From positions 73,603,008 to 73,667,007 of the forward strand of contig NC_068984.1 of NCBI RefSeq assembly GCF_001194135.2: a stretch of 64,000 nucleotides of DNA, written 5' to 3'. The translations under genes and the position numbers were made by a program. Every line of letters begins with the position of its first letter. The stretch's first letter is position 1. The notes under the pieces are model-generated. The model made no database searches. It worked only from the letters and a program-made list of their open reading frames with translations, and had not been told where the DNA came from. The DNA comes from Octopus bimaculoides. Taxonomy: Eukaryota. This document shows positions 12,069 to 24,552 of this stretch, one piece after another.

Positions 12069-13200
12069 GTAAAAACTAATTTCAACATTCATACCTTTAA
12101 TTTTTAGTTGTTGTTGTTGTTGTATATTGAACTAGATCAGGAATTCTCAAAAAGCAAATTTGTTTCAGGAGCCTTTAAAATATTATTGTAGATCCCCAAT
12201 TTACTATTTTGTTACATGGGGTCCACAAATCTTATTTGGACGCTTAGGGACCATATGGATTCAGGTTGAGAACCACTGAACTAGATTGTCCCAAGTGTCT
12301 TACCTTTTTAAGATGATAGAATGTGACAAATAAAAAGATAAAAAGCAACAGTATCTCAAAAATAGATATGAGCAAGATTTGAATGTTAAATTATTCTGCT
12401 TGAGTGACTATGTGGGGCTATATTTCTCAGTTGCTTAAAGCACCCACTCTTGATTTTGTAAAATCATCAATATCCCCTACAAGTGAATTTTTTTCTTTCT
12501 ATCAGTTTGTTTTAATATTCAACATAAAACAAACACAGAGATAAGCATCAAATATAGCTAAAAATAAAGCCCCAACAGGTGTTACAGCCTCATTTGAAAA
12601 ATATTAGTGTAGAATTTCTTTCATTCATTTGATCAGTGTTTATTTATGGTGGTTACAGAGACATCAACACTGACGTATTAGTGTAGTGGTAGTGCTCATT
12701 ATTGTTTATGGTGATTATTTTTTTATGATGGTAAGGCACAAAAGGTCTTTTTTGATGTGTTTAAATTCAACATTTAAGCTACATACATGTCAAGCTGCAA
12801 GCAGTTTCTTTTTAAAGTCTCCCCTTGTTGCTGACACTTGCTGTAAAAGCAGAAAATGTTGAGAGAAAGCTTGAACTTCACTCGAACATATTTCATGAAC
12901 AAAAAGGGCATTCTGTTCAACACTTAAAGTATATTTTGAGTTTTTTGGTCTTTTTTGTTGATTTTTTTTTTTAATAGTTATTCTACACATCTTATACTTG
13001 TGATAAATCTTCCACGAACCTTCACTGTGCCTTCAAAATCCTCTAGGACATTCACAGAATTTTGAATTTAGTCAAGGAATAGATTGATTTGTCATTAATT
13101 TTTCAAGAACTTGATTAAAAAGTTCAGGCAAAAATGAACAGCACAGTCCAAATCTTATTTCAAACCACTGCCTTGTTGCATTGTTGTTTAAAACTACATA

Positions 13201-13610
13201 CTCTTTTACTCTTTTACTTGTTTCAGTCATTTGACTGCAGCCATGCTCAAGCACCGCCTTTAGTCGAGCATATCGACCCCAGGATTTATTCTTTGTAAGC
13301 CTAGTACTTATTCTATCGGTCTCTTTTGCCGAACCGCTAAGTTACAGGGACATAAACACACTAGCATCGGTTGTCAAGCAATGTTGGGGGGACAAACACA
13401 GACAAATTAACACACACACACATATATACACATATATATATATATATACGACGGGCTTCTTTCAGTTTCCGTCTACCAAATCCACTCACAAGGCTTTGGT
13501 CAGCCTGAGGCTATAGCAGATGACACTTGCCCAAGGTGCCATGCAGTGGGACTGAACCTGGAACCATGTGGCTGGTAAGCAAGCTACTTACCACACAGCC
13601 ACTCCTGTGC
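13201..13610 (-). mobile_element. Full-length SINE family B inserted in the RTE remnant
   Basis: Head, CORE-like domain, internal (TA)/(CA)n, 3' body and (AAGAGT)n-type tail; very similar to 16284-16699. Confidence 0.88.
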
Positions 13611-14465
13611 ATAAATACTTTTGTCATATATTTTTCATGATGTTGCAACTAGATGCATTGAGATGTTGTACTTCCTCACGATGCCCTAGAGTACTACTTT
13701 CTGTACCGTTTCAAAAACTTTTTTTGTAATCATTAAATGTAATTAATAATTCTCACATTGGTTATTTTGTTCAGCAGTTCTGTGACCATCTTGGCACCCT
13801 TCTTGCACTTCAGCAATTATCCTTTTAGCATCCAGTTTTAGATGATTATTAAGTTCTCCAGAATTATTTTGCTAGGGTGATTAATTAAACTAATGGTACA
13901 ATAATTGCTACATTTCTACAATTTTGTGTGTGAATACAATGTAGTTATTTGCATTTTTCTGTTCTAGGATGGCCATTCTCCTGTTACAAACATAGTGGCA
14001 TATATCAGGTGTGATTGTGTGGTTAAGCAGTTTGCTTCTCAACCACATAGATCTGGGTTCAGTCCCTACTGTATAGTACTTTACCCAAATGTCTTCTACT
14101 ATTGTTCTGGGCCAATCAAGGCCCCATGAGTGAATTTGGTAGATAGAAACTGAATAAAGTTTAGTGTTTGTGTAAGTTTGTGTCTGTGTGCATGTGTATA
14201 TGTGTATGTATTTATGTATGCATGCGTGTATGCATATTCTATCTCAGCAAATTCTATCTGAATCATGCAAGTATGAAAAATTGGACATTAAATGATGATG
14301 GCAGCAGTGAGAGGGAGAAAGAGGCTGCCACCACCACCAACAACAACAATATCATCTTGTTCAGCAATTCTGTCATTTCTCACTACCATTTTGTATTACA
14401 TCTGCTCTTATATCAGCCACTCTTACCATTTTGTTGATTTTCAAATCTCTCATAACTTCTAGTTC

Positions 14466-14492
14466 ACCATCATCATCATCATCATCATCATT

Positions 14493-14545
<53 letters not shown>

Positions 14546-14546
14546 T

Positions 14547-14578
<32 letters not shown>

Positions 14579-14588
14579 AATCATTGCC

Positions 14589-14629
<41 letters not shown>

Positions 14630-14820
14630 TATCATCATTATCATCATCATCGTCGTCGTTGTCATTGTCGTCGTTTAATGTCTGCTTTCCATGCTGGAAT
14701 GGGTTGGGCAGTTTGACTGAGGACTGGCTAGCCAGAAGGCTGCACCAGGCTCCAATTTGATCTGGCAAAGTTTCTACAGCTGGATGCCCTTTCTAATGCC
14801 AACCACTCTGAGAGGGTAGT
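14466..14820 (-). mobile_element. Family D copy with expanded (ATG)n tail
   Basis: About 190 bp of (CAT)n on plus continue directly into the D 3' end CGTCGTTTAATGTCTGCTTTCCATGC. Confidence 0.75.
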
Positions 14821-16283
14821 TCACTTTTGAGAATACATGACTCAAGCTAGAGTTCCATATTTCCTGGTCTTTCCTATTTAAAGGTCTGCAGAATGATAAA
14901 AATATGTGCTAATGGAATAGTTGAATAGTTCCTTCATGTAATCTGTCTATTTTTACTCAGTTTGCTTCCTGTCTGTCAGCTGGTCACCATTTTCATCTTC
15001 AATAGTAGTTGACGCAGCTTTTCTCCTCTGTTTGCTCTGTCATCTCTTTGACAATTTGCGATAACTATCTTGTGTTATATCTCTCAAACTCTTCTTGCAG
15101 TTCTTGGTATATCTTTTGTATAAAATTCTCCTTAACCACTTATATTTATCATTGGACTCCAATGTTTGCAGCTTTGTATCTTTCAATATCTTCTTCACTT
15201 TTATCCTACTTGAATTTTAGTGCTCTTCTTTTGTCACACATGTCTAGAATACCATTTGTCATCTTGGAGTGCTTTTTCCTTCCATGCATTGCCTAAGATT
15301 GTACTTTCAATAAGTGCTAACTTTTGCATCAGTTCTCTAACACTGGCATCTTCCAGCTCCTGTAGTGGATGAATCTATCTCTAGTTTCTATGATAAATGA
15401 TTCCTTGATTACTGCAACTTTTATACCATTTATATTGTATTCAACCATCATTTTTGCTTTAGCCATTTACTTCAGTTTCACACATGTACATACACACACA
15501 CACATGTACAACACACACATAGACACATGTGGATAAAGGCATATATATAGACACAAATATAACTGTCTAAGACATTAACTTTCAAAGCATATGGTTCTGG
15601 TTAGAGTTTTCTTTCTCTCCCCCTCTCCCTCTCTCCCCTCTCTCTCTCTCTCTCTTTCACTTTCTCTATCTCCCGCCCTCCTGGCTACATTGAATAATCC
15701 AAGAAAAAAGTGTTCACATTGCAGTCCCATTAATCCTTTCACTACAACTGTGTGGGCTCAATAAGAAAGAGAAAAAGATAGTAAGATCTGATCTAAGAGA
15801 TATTTAGCTGCTATTTCATGCAGCAGACTATCTGCTTAGAGCAAGTATTTTCAACCTTTATTTGTTCCAAGATACCCTGAATAAGGTGCTAAAAGTTTTA
15901 TGACAGTTCCACAGCTTTTATAAAAAACATTTTTTTACATGAAAGACAAGTATTAAAATTGTTTTAAAGTAGAGATGAGTGCATCATTGCACTTTGGTGG
16001 AAAGAATTATAACTACACCTGTGTGATGCATTAAATGCACAAATTTTCTAAACATATTGTATTGCCTGAGGAACTTCCAATAGTTCTGTGAACTATACAC
16101 TACACACTTTTGTGCCACACTTCTGGTTGAAAACTTCTGGCTTAGAAGCTTTTCTTGTCAGCTCATAAATCACTTTTGTTACAGATCATAATTGCTAATT
16201 TTCATATTTTTATATTGTTGCTTGTTTACCAATTTTTAAAAATTGCTGTTGAATTCATTCAGGACAGTAGCTTAAAATTTCAG

Positions 16284-16699
16284 TACTCTTTACTCTTTAC
16301 TCTTTTACTTGTTTCAGTCATTTGACTGCGGCCATGCTGGAGCACTGCCTTTAGTCGAGCAAATCAACCCCAGGACTTATTCTTTGGATGCCTAGTACTT
16401 ATTCTATTGGTCTCTTTTGCCGAACCGCTAAGTTACGAGGACCTAAACACACCACCATCGGTTGTCAAGCAATGTTGGGGGGACAAACACAGACACACAA
16501 ACATATACACACATACATATATATATACATATATACGACAGGCTTCTTTGAGTTTCCGTCTACCAAATCCACTCACAAGGCTTTGGTCGGCCCGAGGCTA
16601 CAGTAGAAGACACTTACCCAAGGTGCCACGCAGTGGAAATGAACCCGGAACCATGTGGCTGGTAAGCAAGCTACTTACCACACAGCCACTCCTGTGCCT
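16284..16699 (-). mobile_element. Full-length SINE family B
   Basis: Same architecture as 13201-13610. Confidence 0.88.
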
Positions 16700-17859
16700 A
16701 TGTACATTGAAGTATATATTTTTGAGTTTTTTTGTTTCATTTATTTTTCTCTATCATTCATTCGGTTCAGGAATGGCTGTGTAATTAAGCAGTTCACTTT
16801 GCAACCACATGGTTTTTGTTCAGTTCCACTACATGGTACCTTGGGTAAATGTCTTCTGCTAAAGCCTGTCATATATATAAATATATATATATATATAGAT
16901 AGATATAGGTATAGATAACCAGCATCATTTAGTGTCTGCTTTCCATGCTGGCATGAGTTAGATGGTTTGACTGGAACTGGTAAGCTGGAGAGCTGCACCA
17001 GTTTCCAGTCTGATTTGGCATGGTTTCTATGACTGGATGCTGTGCCTAATGCCAACTACTCCAAGAGTGTAACGAGTACTTTTTTATGTGCCACCAGCAT
17101 GGGTACCAGTTACATGACACTGGCATCGGCCACAACTACAATTTTACTTGGCTTGACGAGTCTTCTCAAGCATGGCATATCGCCAAGTAGTAATGATTAT
17201 AATCACCTGAAGAAATGAACACATGAATAAAGACCAACCTGATGTCCATGGATATTACAAATTGTATTTAATCATCCCAGGAATGCAGACTGTGGTCACA
17301 AAAAACATGTGATACATCAAAATCTTTATAGATTCCATCCATGAATTATTATCATTATTATTATTATTATTATTATTGTTATTATTACTACTATAATGTG
17401 GCAAGCTGGCAAAATTGTTAGCATGCTGGGCAAAATGCTTAGCAGCTTTCATCCTGTCCTAATGTTCTCAGTTCAAATTCCACCGAGGTCAACTTTGCCT
17501 TTCATCTTTTCGAGGTCGATAAAATAAATACCAGCTGGAAGCTGGGGTCGATGTACTCAACTTACTCCCTCCTTGCTGGGTTTGTGCCAAAATTTGAAAT
17601 CATTATTATTATTACTATTTTTATCCTCCTTAAATTGGCAGAGCTCATGATAATGCCATAACACTGTTGTTGCAAGATGGAATCACTAGGCTGTAACCAA
17701 CATAATAAAAGATTAGTTTTTATGTGCAGTTTCAGAAACATTTCCCACAAACTTAAATGACATATATATATATAACCCTGCTTGCAAAGACCTGTTGAGG
17801 CAAGTGAATTTGGAATTTGAAATTTGAAATTTGAAATCGAAAAATCGAACCGAATCCGA

Positions 17860-18365
17860 CGACTGGCACCTGTGCCAGTTGAGCACTAACAGCCCTGTCT
17901 GAGCATGTTCATTGCCAGAGCAGCTGCCTGGCTCCCGTGCAGGTGGCACATAAAAAACACCTTTTTGAGCGAGATCGTTGCCAGTACCGCTGGACTGGCT
18001 CCTGTGCAGGTGGCACATAAAATACACCATTTCAAGTATGGTCATTGCTAGTACCTCCTGACTGGCCTTCGTGCCGGTGGCATGTAAAAGCACCCACTAC
18101 ACTCTCGGAGTGGTTGGCGTTAGGAAGGGCATCCAGCTGTAGAAACTCTGCCAGATCAGANNNNNNNNNNTCGTGCCGGTGGCATGTAAAAGCACCCACT
18201 ACACTCTCGGAGTGGTTGGCGTTAGGAAGGGCATCCAGCTGTAGAAACTCTGCCAGATCAGATTGGAGCCTGGTGCAGCCTTCTGGCTTGCCAGTCCTCA
18301 GTCAAATCGTCCAACCCATGCTAGCATGGAAAGCGGATGTTAAACGATGGTGATGATGATGATGA
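17860..18365 (+). mobile_element. Family D long copy with internal subrepeats (gap-spanning duplicate inside)
   Basis: Repeated GGTGGCACATAAAA units, the D core and an (ATG)n tail; 18061-18160 is duplicated after the 10-N gap. Confidence 0.75.
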
Positions 18366-18375
18366 TATTTATATA

Positions 18376-18410
<35 letters not shown>

Positions 18411-19293
18411 AATCCTAAAAACGAACAAACACAAAAAAACAACAACTTGAGGACATGGTACATGTAATGTATTAGCAGACGCTCAGGAAAGTTAAGAAAG
18501 ATGGCTGAACGTTTCAAGCAGATGCTTTTCTTCAGAAACAAAGGAAAGTCCAATAGAAGGGAAGATGGAGGAAGAAAATTGCCAACGCTTCACATGTTAT
18601 ATACACACATACACATATATATGTATATACATATACACACACACACACACATATATATATGTATATACATATATATACATATATATATGTATGTATATGT
18701 AGATATATACATATATATATGTGCATTTTGTTTTAAAGTGCAGTACTTATTTTGTCACTTTTTTTTGCAGGGACACACATGTGACGATGATGATGATGTG
18801 TGTGTGTCCCTGCAAAAGAGAGTGACAAAATAAATACTGTACTTTAAAAAAATAAGTATTGAGGTCAATTTGTTCAACTAAACTGTTCAAGGTAGTGCTC
18901 TTGCATGGCTAATGTCTAGTGACTAAGATGAGTAAAAGATTACAATAAAGGCCATGCTTGAGCAACTCCTTTATATGCATATATCCTATGGCAGTCAACT
19001 GTAGACTATCCCAGCATGTTATATGACTTAGAAATCAAACTGGCAGAACCGCCAACACACCAGGCAAGATGCTTAGCAGCATTACATCCATCTTTACATT
19101 TTAAGTTCAAATTTCACCAAGGTTGACTTTGCTTTTCATCCTCTCAGAGTCATTAAAATAGTACTAGTTGAACACTGGAGTCAATTTAATCAACTAAGCC
19201 TCTACCCTGAACTTACTGGCCTTGTGCCAAAATTTGAAACCAATACTATTTACCAGTCTTTTCTTATTTCATTTTATTTTAATATTTTTACAG

Positions 19294-19375
19294 AACAACA
19301 ACTTTACCCAAGTGGATTTTGATTTGTCAAACTACTCAGACTTCCGTCTTAGCTTCAATGTTCCACAAACGGAAG
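19294..19375 (+). CDS. CFAP47: CFAP47 exon 7 in window
   Basis: ttacAG/..gaag/GTaaa. Peptide NNNFTQVDFDLSNYSDFRLSFNVPQTE resembles CFAP47 RARVEFNLKDFPDFSMDL. Phase 0 to 1. Confidence 0.85.
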
Positions 19376-19410
19376 GTAAAAATTTGTATGTTTTTATCAT
19401 TCATCTTTGT

Positions 19411-19632
19411 TTAACCCTTTAGCATTTGAACTTGCCGTATCCAGCGGAAATATTCCACATGTTTTATGTTCAAACTGGTCTGATCTGGCTTCTCACACTA
19501 AACCTGCAATATCATTTTTAAAAATTAACAGTTACCTCATCAAAATTTCATATCTGCAAGATTGATTCAAAACAATATGAATAAAAAAAATGCATTACTT
19601 TGAACAAAATAATGTGAATGTTAAAGGGTTAA
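19411..19632. mobile_element. piggyBac-type MITE with TTAA TSD
   Basis: TTAA|CCCTTTAGCATT ... AATGTTAAAGGG|TTAA. A related copy in the opposite orientation lies at 55184-55412. Confidence 0.8.
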
Positions 19633-20399
19633 ATTGTTTATGGGTTTGATAAGGAAAGAAGAGCAGCTTCCATGACTATTTTATTTTTGCAGTGTCTTGG
19701 AATTAGTGGAGTAAAAGACTGGGAGAAGCCATGACCCATGATTAGTTTCAGTAAGAAGTAGCAAAATCTGATATCTTTAGGCTGGAGATCTGATCTGATC
19801 TGAATACTGACAATGTAGTTGCCACCAAGGGAGCTTCTAAATGGTCGATTGACCTACCAAGAATACAACCAAAATCCCCCTCATAAAAATGCATTCTACA
19901 GTCTTTAAAAATATCTTTGGATAATGTAATCCTTTGTGTATCATAGGTTTATCTTAGCCTGACAGTCAGAAAGATGTCTAGAAAGAAGTTTGCTTCCCAA
20001 CCACATGATTCTGGTTTCAGTCTCACAACATGGCACCTTGGGTGAGTGTCTTCTACTATAGCCTCAGGTCAACCAAAGCCTTGTGAGTGGATTTAATGGA
20101 TGGAAACTGAAAAAAGCCAGTCATATGTGTATATCTATATCTGTTTATGTGCATGTCTCTTTGGGTCTGTCTTTGTCCTCTACCACCATCTGACAACCGA
20201 TGTTGGTTTGTTTATGTCCCCATAATTTGGTTCAGGAAAAGAAGCCTGTAGAATAAGTACCAAGCTTGTTTTAAAAAGGTCAATTCATTTCTCTAAAAAT
20301 TATTCAAGGTGGTGTCCCAGCATGGCCTCAGCATAAAGTCTGAAACAAGTAAAAGATAAATGATAAATGGTGTGTGTGTGTGTGTGTGTGTATACACAT

Positions 20400-21285
20400 A
20401 CATAGCAGAATCAGCATCAAACAGTGATGAAGTATAAACAAACTTTAGGTTAGTTAAAATATGTTTGTGACATATTTAAACTTCTAACGGCAAATTTGCA
20501 GCAGTTACTGTGGAAAAAATGTTTTCTCTTATAGTAATAAAAACATACTATCCATCCAATGTTTCTCTTGAGCAGATTTCCAGACATACATTTCTTACTC
20601 TTTTAGCCTTCCTCAATGGGAAAAACTAAAGGGAGATAACCCTGGATAGATTCAAAGTTGCAGCTTTATCTAGAAACAGTCAACATCAGTGACTGAGTTG
20701 TGCTCATGGACTGCCTGGTAGGAATAAAAATAGCAGCATCAGTGCCCAGCAGTGATGAAGAATAAACAAACTTTCAGTTAATTAAAATATGTTTGTAACA
20801 TATTTTAACTTTTAAAGGCATATTCAATGCAGTTACCATGGAGGGAAAATTCTCTTATGGAAAAGGGTGTAAAAAACACCATATCTGCCTCGTACTTTCC
20901 TTTTCTGGATTCTCAGAAGTACGTTTCTGGTTCTTTAGCCATAGTTTAATTAACCTACAGTTCATTTATTCTTTATCACTGTTTGGCCCTGATACTGCTG
21001 CCGCTCAGTCACTGATGCTGATTGTTTTAAGATAAAGCTATGATTTTTAATCTGCTGAGGGTTATCTCTGTTTGGTATTTCCCATTGAGGAAGACTAAAG
21101 AGCCAGAAATGTGTACCCAAGAATCCACTAGAAGGAATCGCTTGGAAGATATGGCGTTTTTACATCTTTTACCTTAAGAAAGAATTTTTGTTCTCCATGG
21201 CAACTGAAGTGAATTTGCTTTTTGAAGTTAATATGTCACAAACATATTTTAACTAATCTTGAAGTTCATTTATATTTATACTAGC
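20400..21285. mobile_element. Foldback/MITE with ~250-bp diverged inverted arms and a third internal partial arm
   Basis: TAGTTAAAATATGTTTGTGACATATT..CCTCAATGGGAAA..GAGATAACCCT (20450-20645) is the reverse complement of AGGGTTATCTC..TTTCCCATTGAGG..AATATGTCACAAACATATTTTAACTA (21058-21255). Direct partial copy at about 20735-20900. Confidence 0.75.
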
Positions 21286-21711
21286 TTAAAGGCTGCACTC
21301 CACAAGGACTTTTAAGCTAGCTCCTGCAGACGGTTAATTGAGCCTGTGGCCTAAAGCTAAAATGAGCAATAATAATCAAGCATTATTGGTACCTTACCAA
21401 TATGGTATTACTTTAAATTCAGTTTAAATAAAAACTTGTAAGTTCACAAATTTTTGGAGTTCTTTTAAAATTTGAATTTTCAACTATTAGCATATAACAA
21501 ATCCTCATCCAGACCTGATCCCAAAGCTGGATGTTCAAGAAACAAATGAAGGGCAAATTTTCAATCCTGGATCATCTCGATTCTAAAAAGATATAATGCA
21601 TCTATGTAAAGAAAAACATAGACTGAGATACAGGGGTCTTGGATGAATGAACAGACAGAATTTTGCATTTGTTATTATAGATATCGATGTGATGGGCTTC
21701 TACACACTTTC

Positions 21712-21942
21712 TTATTTCTTTATTGCCCACAAGGGACTAAACATAGAGGGAACAAACAAGGACAGACAAAGGGATTAAGTCAATTACATCGACCCCAGTG
21801 CGTAACTGGTACTTAATTTATCGACCCTGAAAGGATGAAAAGCAAAGTCAATCTCGGCGGAATATGAACTCAGAACGTAGCGACAGACGAAATACCGCTA
21901 AGCATTTCGCCCAGCGTGCTAACATTTCTGCCAGCTCGCCGC
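21712..21942 (-). mobile_element. SINE family C, young-looking full copy (tail variant ..GTGGGCAATAAAGAAATAAG)
   Basis: Minus strand GGCGGCGAGCTGGCAGAAATGTTAGC..GAGTTCATATTCC..GTACCAGTTACGCACTGGGGTCG; CpGs retained. Confidence 0.85.
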
Positions 21943-22789
21943 CATCTACACACTTTCTGTCAACACACGTCTACACACTTTCTGTCAACCGAATTCACCC
22001 ACAAAATACTGGTCGGCCCAGGGCTATAGTAGATGATACTTAGACTGAACCCAAAATCATGTGATTGCAAAGCAAGATTCTTAACCACACAGCTATGTCT
22101 TTATATAACATATTACAAAAGCATTTAATTGAACACTGAAACTTCATTAACATCAGTCATCTACTTTACTTTCGTGTTTTACACATGTAATATTGACTAC
22201 ATGAAGCTATATCCTCATGTTCTGCATATGACAGTTGAATAGATGAATGTGTGACATTTCTTTTTAACCAGTCAAATGCTAATGATTTGATGTATCCATT
22301 GTGTATTCATGCATATTTCTGCTTACATGCTTTGTCACACTACTTCTCTGATTTAATCAGTTTGATAATTAGTAACATGGAAGTTCAGTCAGGAATGAGA
22401 CCTGCTACTGGTAACATGTAAACTATTACTGCCTGTTCCATGTTCAAGTGGTCAGCAACTAAACCAGCTCCTCCACTTGAGTAACTTGTTACTCTTGTGA
22501 AAAGGGTGTCTGGACACCAAGCAGGACTAAAAACAGGATCTGTCGAAGGGCAGATGAGCTTCTTGTGGGCCAATAGCCATCCGACTGGGGAAAGCACTGG
22601 CAAACAATTCCAATATCTCTGTGAAGAAAACACTATGAAAATGTCAGAATGAAATAATGCTATGGTTTCATCTAATGGGAGAATTTGTGCTTTATCGGGA
22701 AGAGTTTTGTTGTAGTGTCATCAATGAATTGCAGAAGTGTACAATATATGATGACAACAACAAATATGAAACATTGAGTTACAGTTCAA

Positions 22790-23357
22790 GAAGTTTCAGC
22801 TAATTAAGATTTGATTTAAGAAGAAAACTGAGTATAAGAGTCATCAAATGTGTGCAAGAGAAAAGACTGTGCTGGTTTGGTCATGTGATATGAATGGATG
22901 AGAACAGTTGCATAAAGAAGTGCCAAGCTCTAATTGTAAAGAGTATCTGTGGAAGGAGTAGACCCAGGAAGACGTGGGATGAAGTGGTGAGAAAGGATTG
23001 TCAGACACTGTGCCTCACCGAGTAAATTGGTAAAGGGCTAGGAGATGTGGTGATTTATAGTACTTGATGAAATGCATCAAGCTAAGTAAAATCGTTCTCT
23101 TCCACACATAAAGGCATGCTCCTTCAGGTGCTGGTGCCACTTAAAAAGCACCCATGCCAGTACTATGTAAATGCACCCATGCCAGTGGCATGTAAAAAGC
23201 ACCCAACAAACTCTGTTAAGTGGTAGGCATTAGGAAGGGCATCCTGCCATAGAAACCATGCCACAAGAAACGGTTGGAGTCTGGACAGCTCCATGTCAAA
23301 CCGTCCAACCCATGCCAGCATACAAAGAGGACACTAAACAATGATGATGATGATGAT
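22790..23357 (+). mobile_element. 5'-truncated RTE LINE: ORF C-terminus + family-D 3' UTR + (ATG)n tail
   Basis: Translation EKRLCWFGHVI*MDENSCIKK..GRSRPRKTWDEVVRKD is the RTE C-terminal RLRWFGHV..RGRPRKTW motif, contiguous with the D sequence. Confidence 0.85.
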
Positions 23358-23917
23358 AATGTTTTATTACAGTATTGTCTTTTTTTTTATCTTATCAATC
23401 AATGGGTGGGTAGAAACATTGCAGCTAAACACCGTGTCTTTATACTCTCCTAAATTTAATCTTGATTCTGGTGAGAAAAATGTATGTATTATAGATGGAG
23501 TTTTACAGTATTTTACCAATAACTTATCTTAATATTCAGGATGTTAAAATGGTAATAGGTAGTAGAATCAGGAAGGGAGTAGATAAAATGGCTTGCTGTA
23601 TTTAGTCACAAGCATTTACGCTCTGATGTTGCTAAAATAAGTACCAGTCAAGTATTGCAGTCAGTCACATTGACTCTACCCATCTCCCAAAAATAAAAAC
23701 GTATGGCTTTGTGCCTATGTTATAAATCAAGATATGAAATATATAATCATTAGAATGTCGTATGCAATTCACTTTGAAGAGAGAAATCAATCTGTAGAAT
23801 GTTCAAGGATCATGCCATTGGCTAAGTTACAGAAGGAAACTTTGTGTTCTTCTTAAAATGATTTTTCTTTCTTAATTTTTTTATCTCACACTCTATTTTT
23901 TTTTCTTTTTTTTTCAG

Positions 23918-24018
23918 AAGAATCTGATTTCCAGGAGAGTGAAATTTCTGGCATGCATTCTTTACATGTGAATGGAAATACCAAAGTTGAAGGGAAACTA
24001 GTGTTTGAGCCAACAGAG
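23918..24018 (+). CDS. CFAP47: CFAP47 exon 8 in window
   Basis: Long polyT-cAG/..gag/GTaat. Peptide EESDFQESEISGMHSLHVNGNTKVEGKLVFEPTE resembles CFAP47 YSLELEENTSLECSITFSPKE. Phase 1 to 0. Confidence 0.87.
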
Positions 24019-24264
24019 GTAATTTTCTGATTTTAATTTGGAAAGCAGATTTGAATAAAAAAAAAATAAAAAACCACAAAAAGAAAGAAATATGTATATC
24101 TATTCAATGCACACCCTAACTTTCTTTCCAGTGTATTACATAATCAGGAAAAAAATATTTGGTCTGATATTAACAAAAAAATAATAAATAAAAGCAACAC
24201 AAGACTATTTCTCAACATATGTGGTCAGAATTTAAAGTTATTTTATAGTACTGATTCACATACA

Positions 24265-24300
<36 letters not shown>

Positions 24301-24303
24301 GAT

Positions 24304-24344
<41 letters not shown>

Positions 24345-24503
24345 TATATAAGAGTACATATAGATACATGCACGAAGAGAAGACCTATGGAAGGACTCCT
24401 TACAAGCTAGAAAGGGCAGTTAAACCCAACCACGAAAGAATAATTCTAAAGGCATGCCAATATTTATCTATCTATCTATCTATCTATTTATCTATACATA
24501 AAT

Positions 24504-24552
<49 letters not shown>

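Larger units (their letters stand above)
13000..15420 (-). mobile_element. Decayed RTE (BovB-like) LINE ORF fragment, interrupted by younger repeats
   Basis: Minus-strand remnants GILDMCDKRRALK..ERYKAAN, IEDENGDQLTD..DYMKELFN, CTISLINHPSKIIL..IIAEVQEG, DYKKVFE..RKYNI, QWFEIRFG..LPELFNQVLEKLM and LEDFEGTVKVRGRFIT follow RTE RT order. Confidence 0.75.

Noticed and set aside
18061-18260. Identical ~90-bp direct repeat around a 10-N gap (also 27717-27790)
   Set aside because: Exact overlap at contig ends; unmerged assembly overlap rather than biological duplication.
22385-22633. 82-aa minus-strand ORF with ordinary composition
   Set aside because: No recognisable domain or splice context; lies next to an RTE-UTR-like word (GGCAAACAATTCCAATATCTCTGTGAAGAAAAC), so probably repeat-derived.
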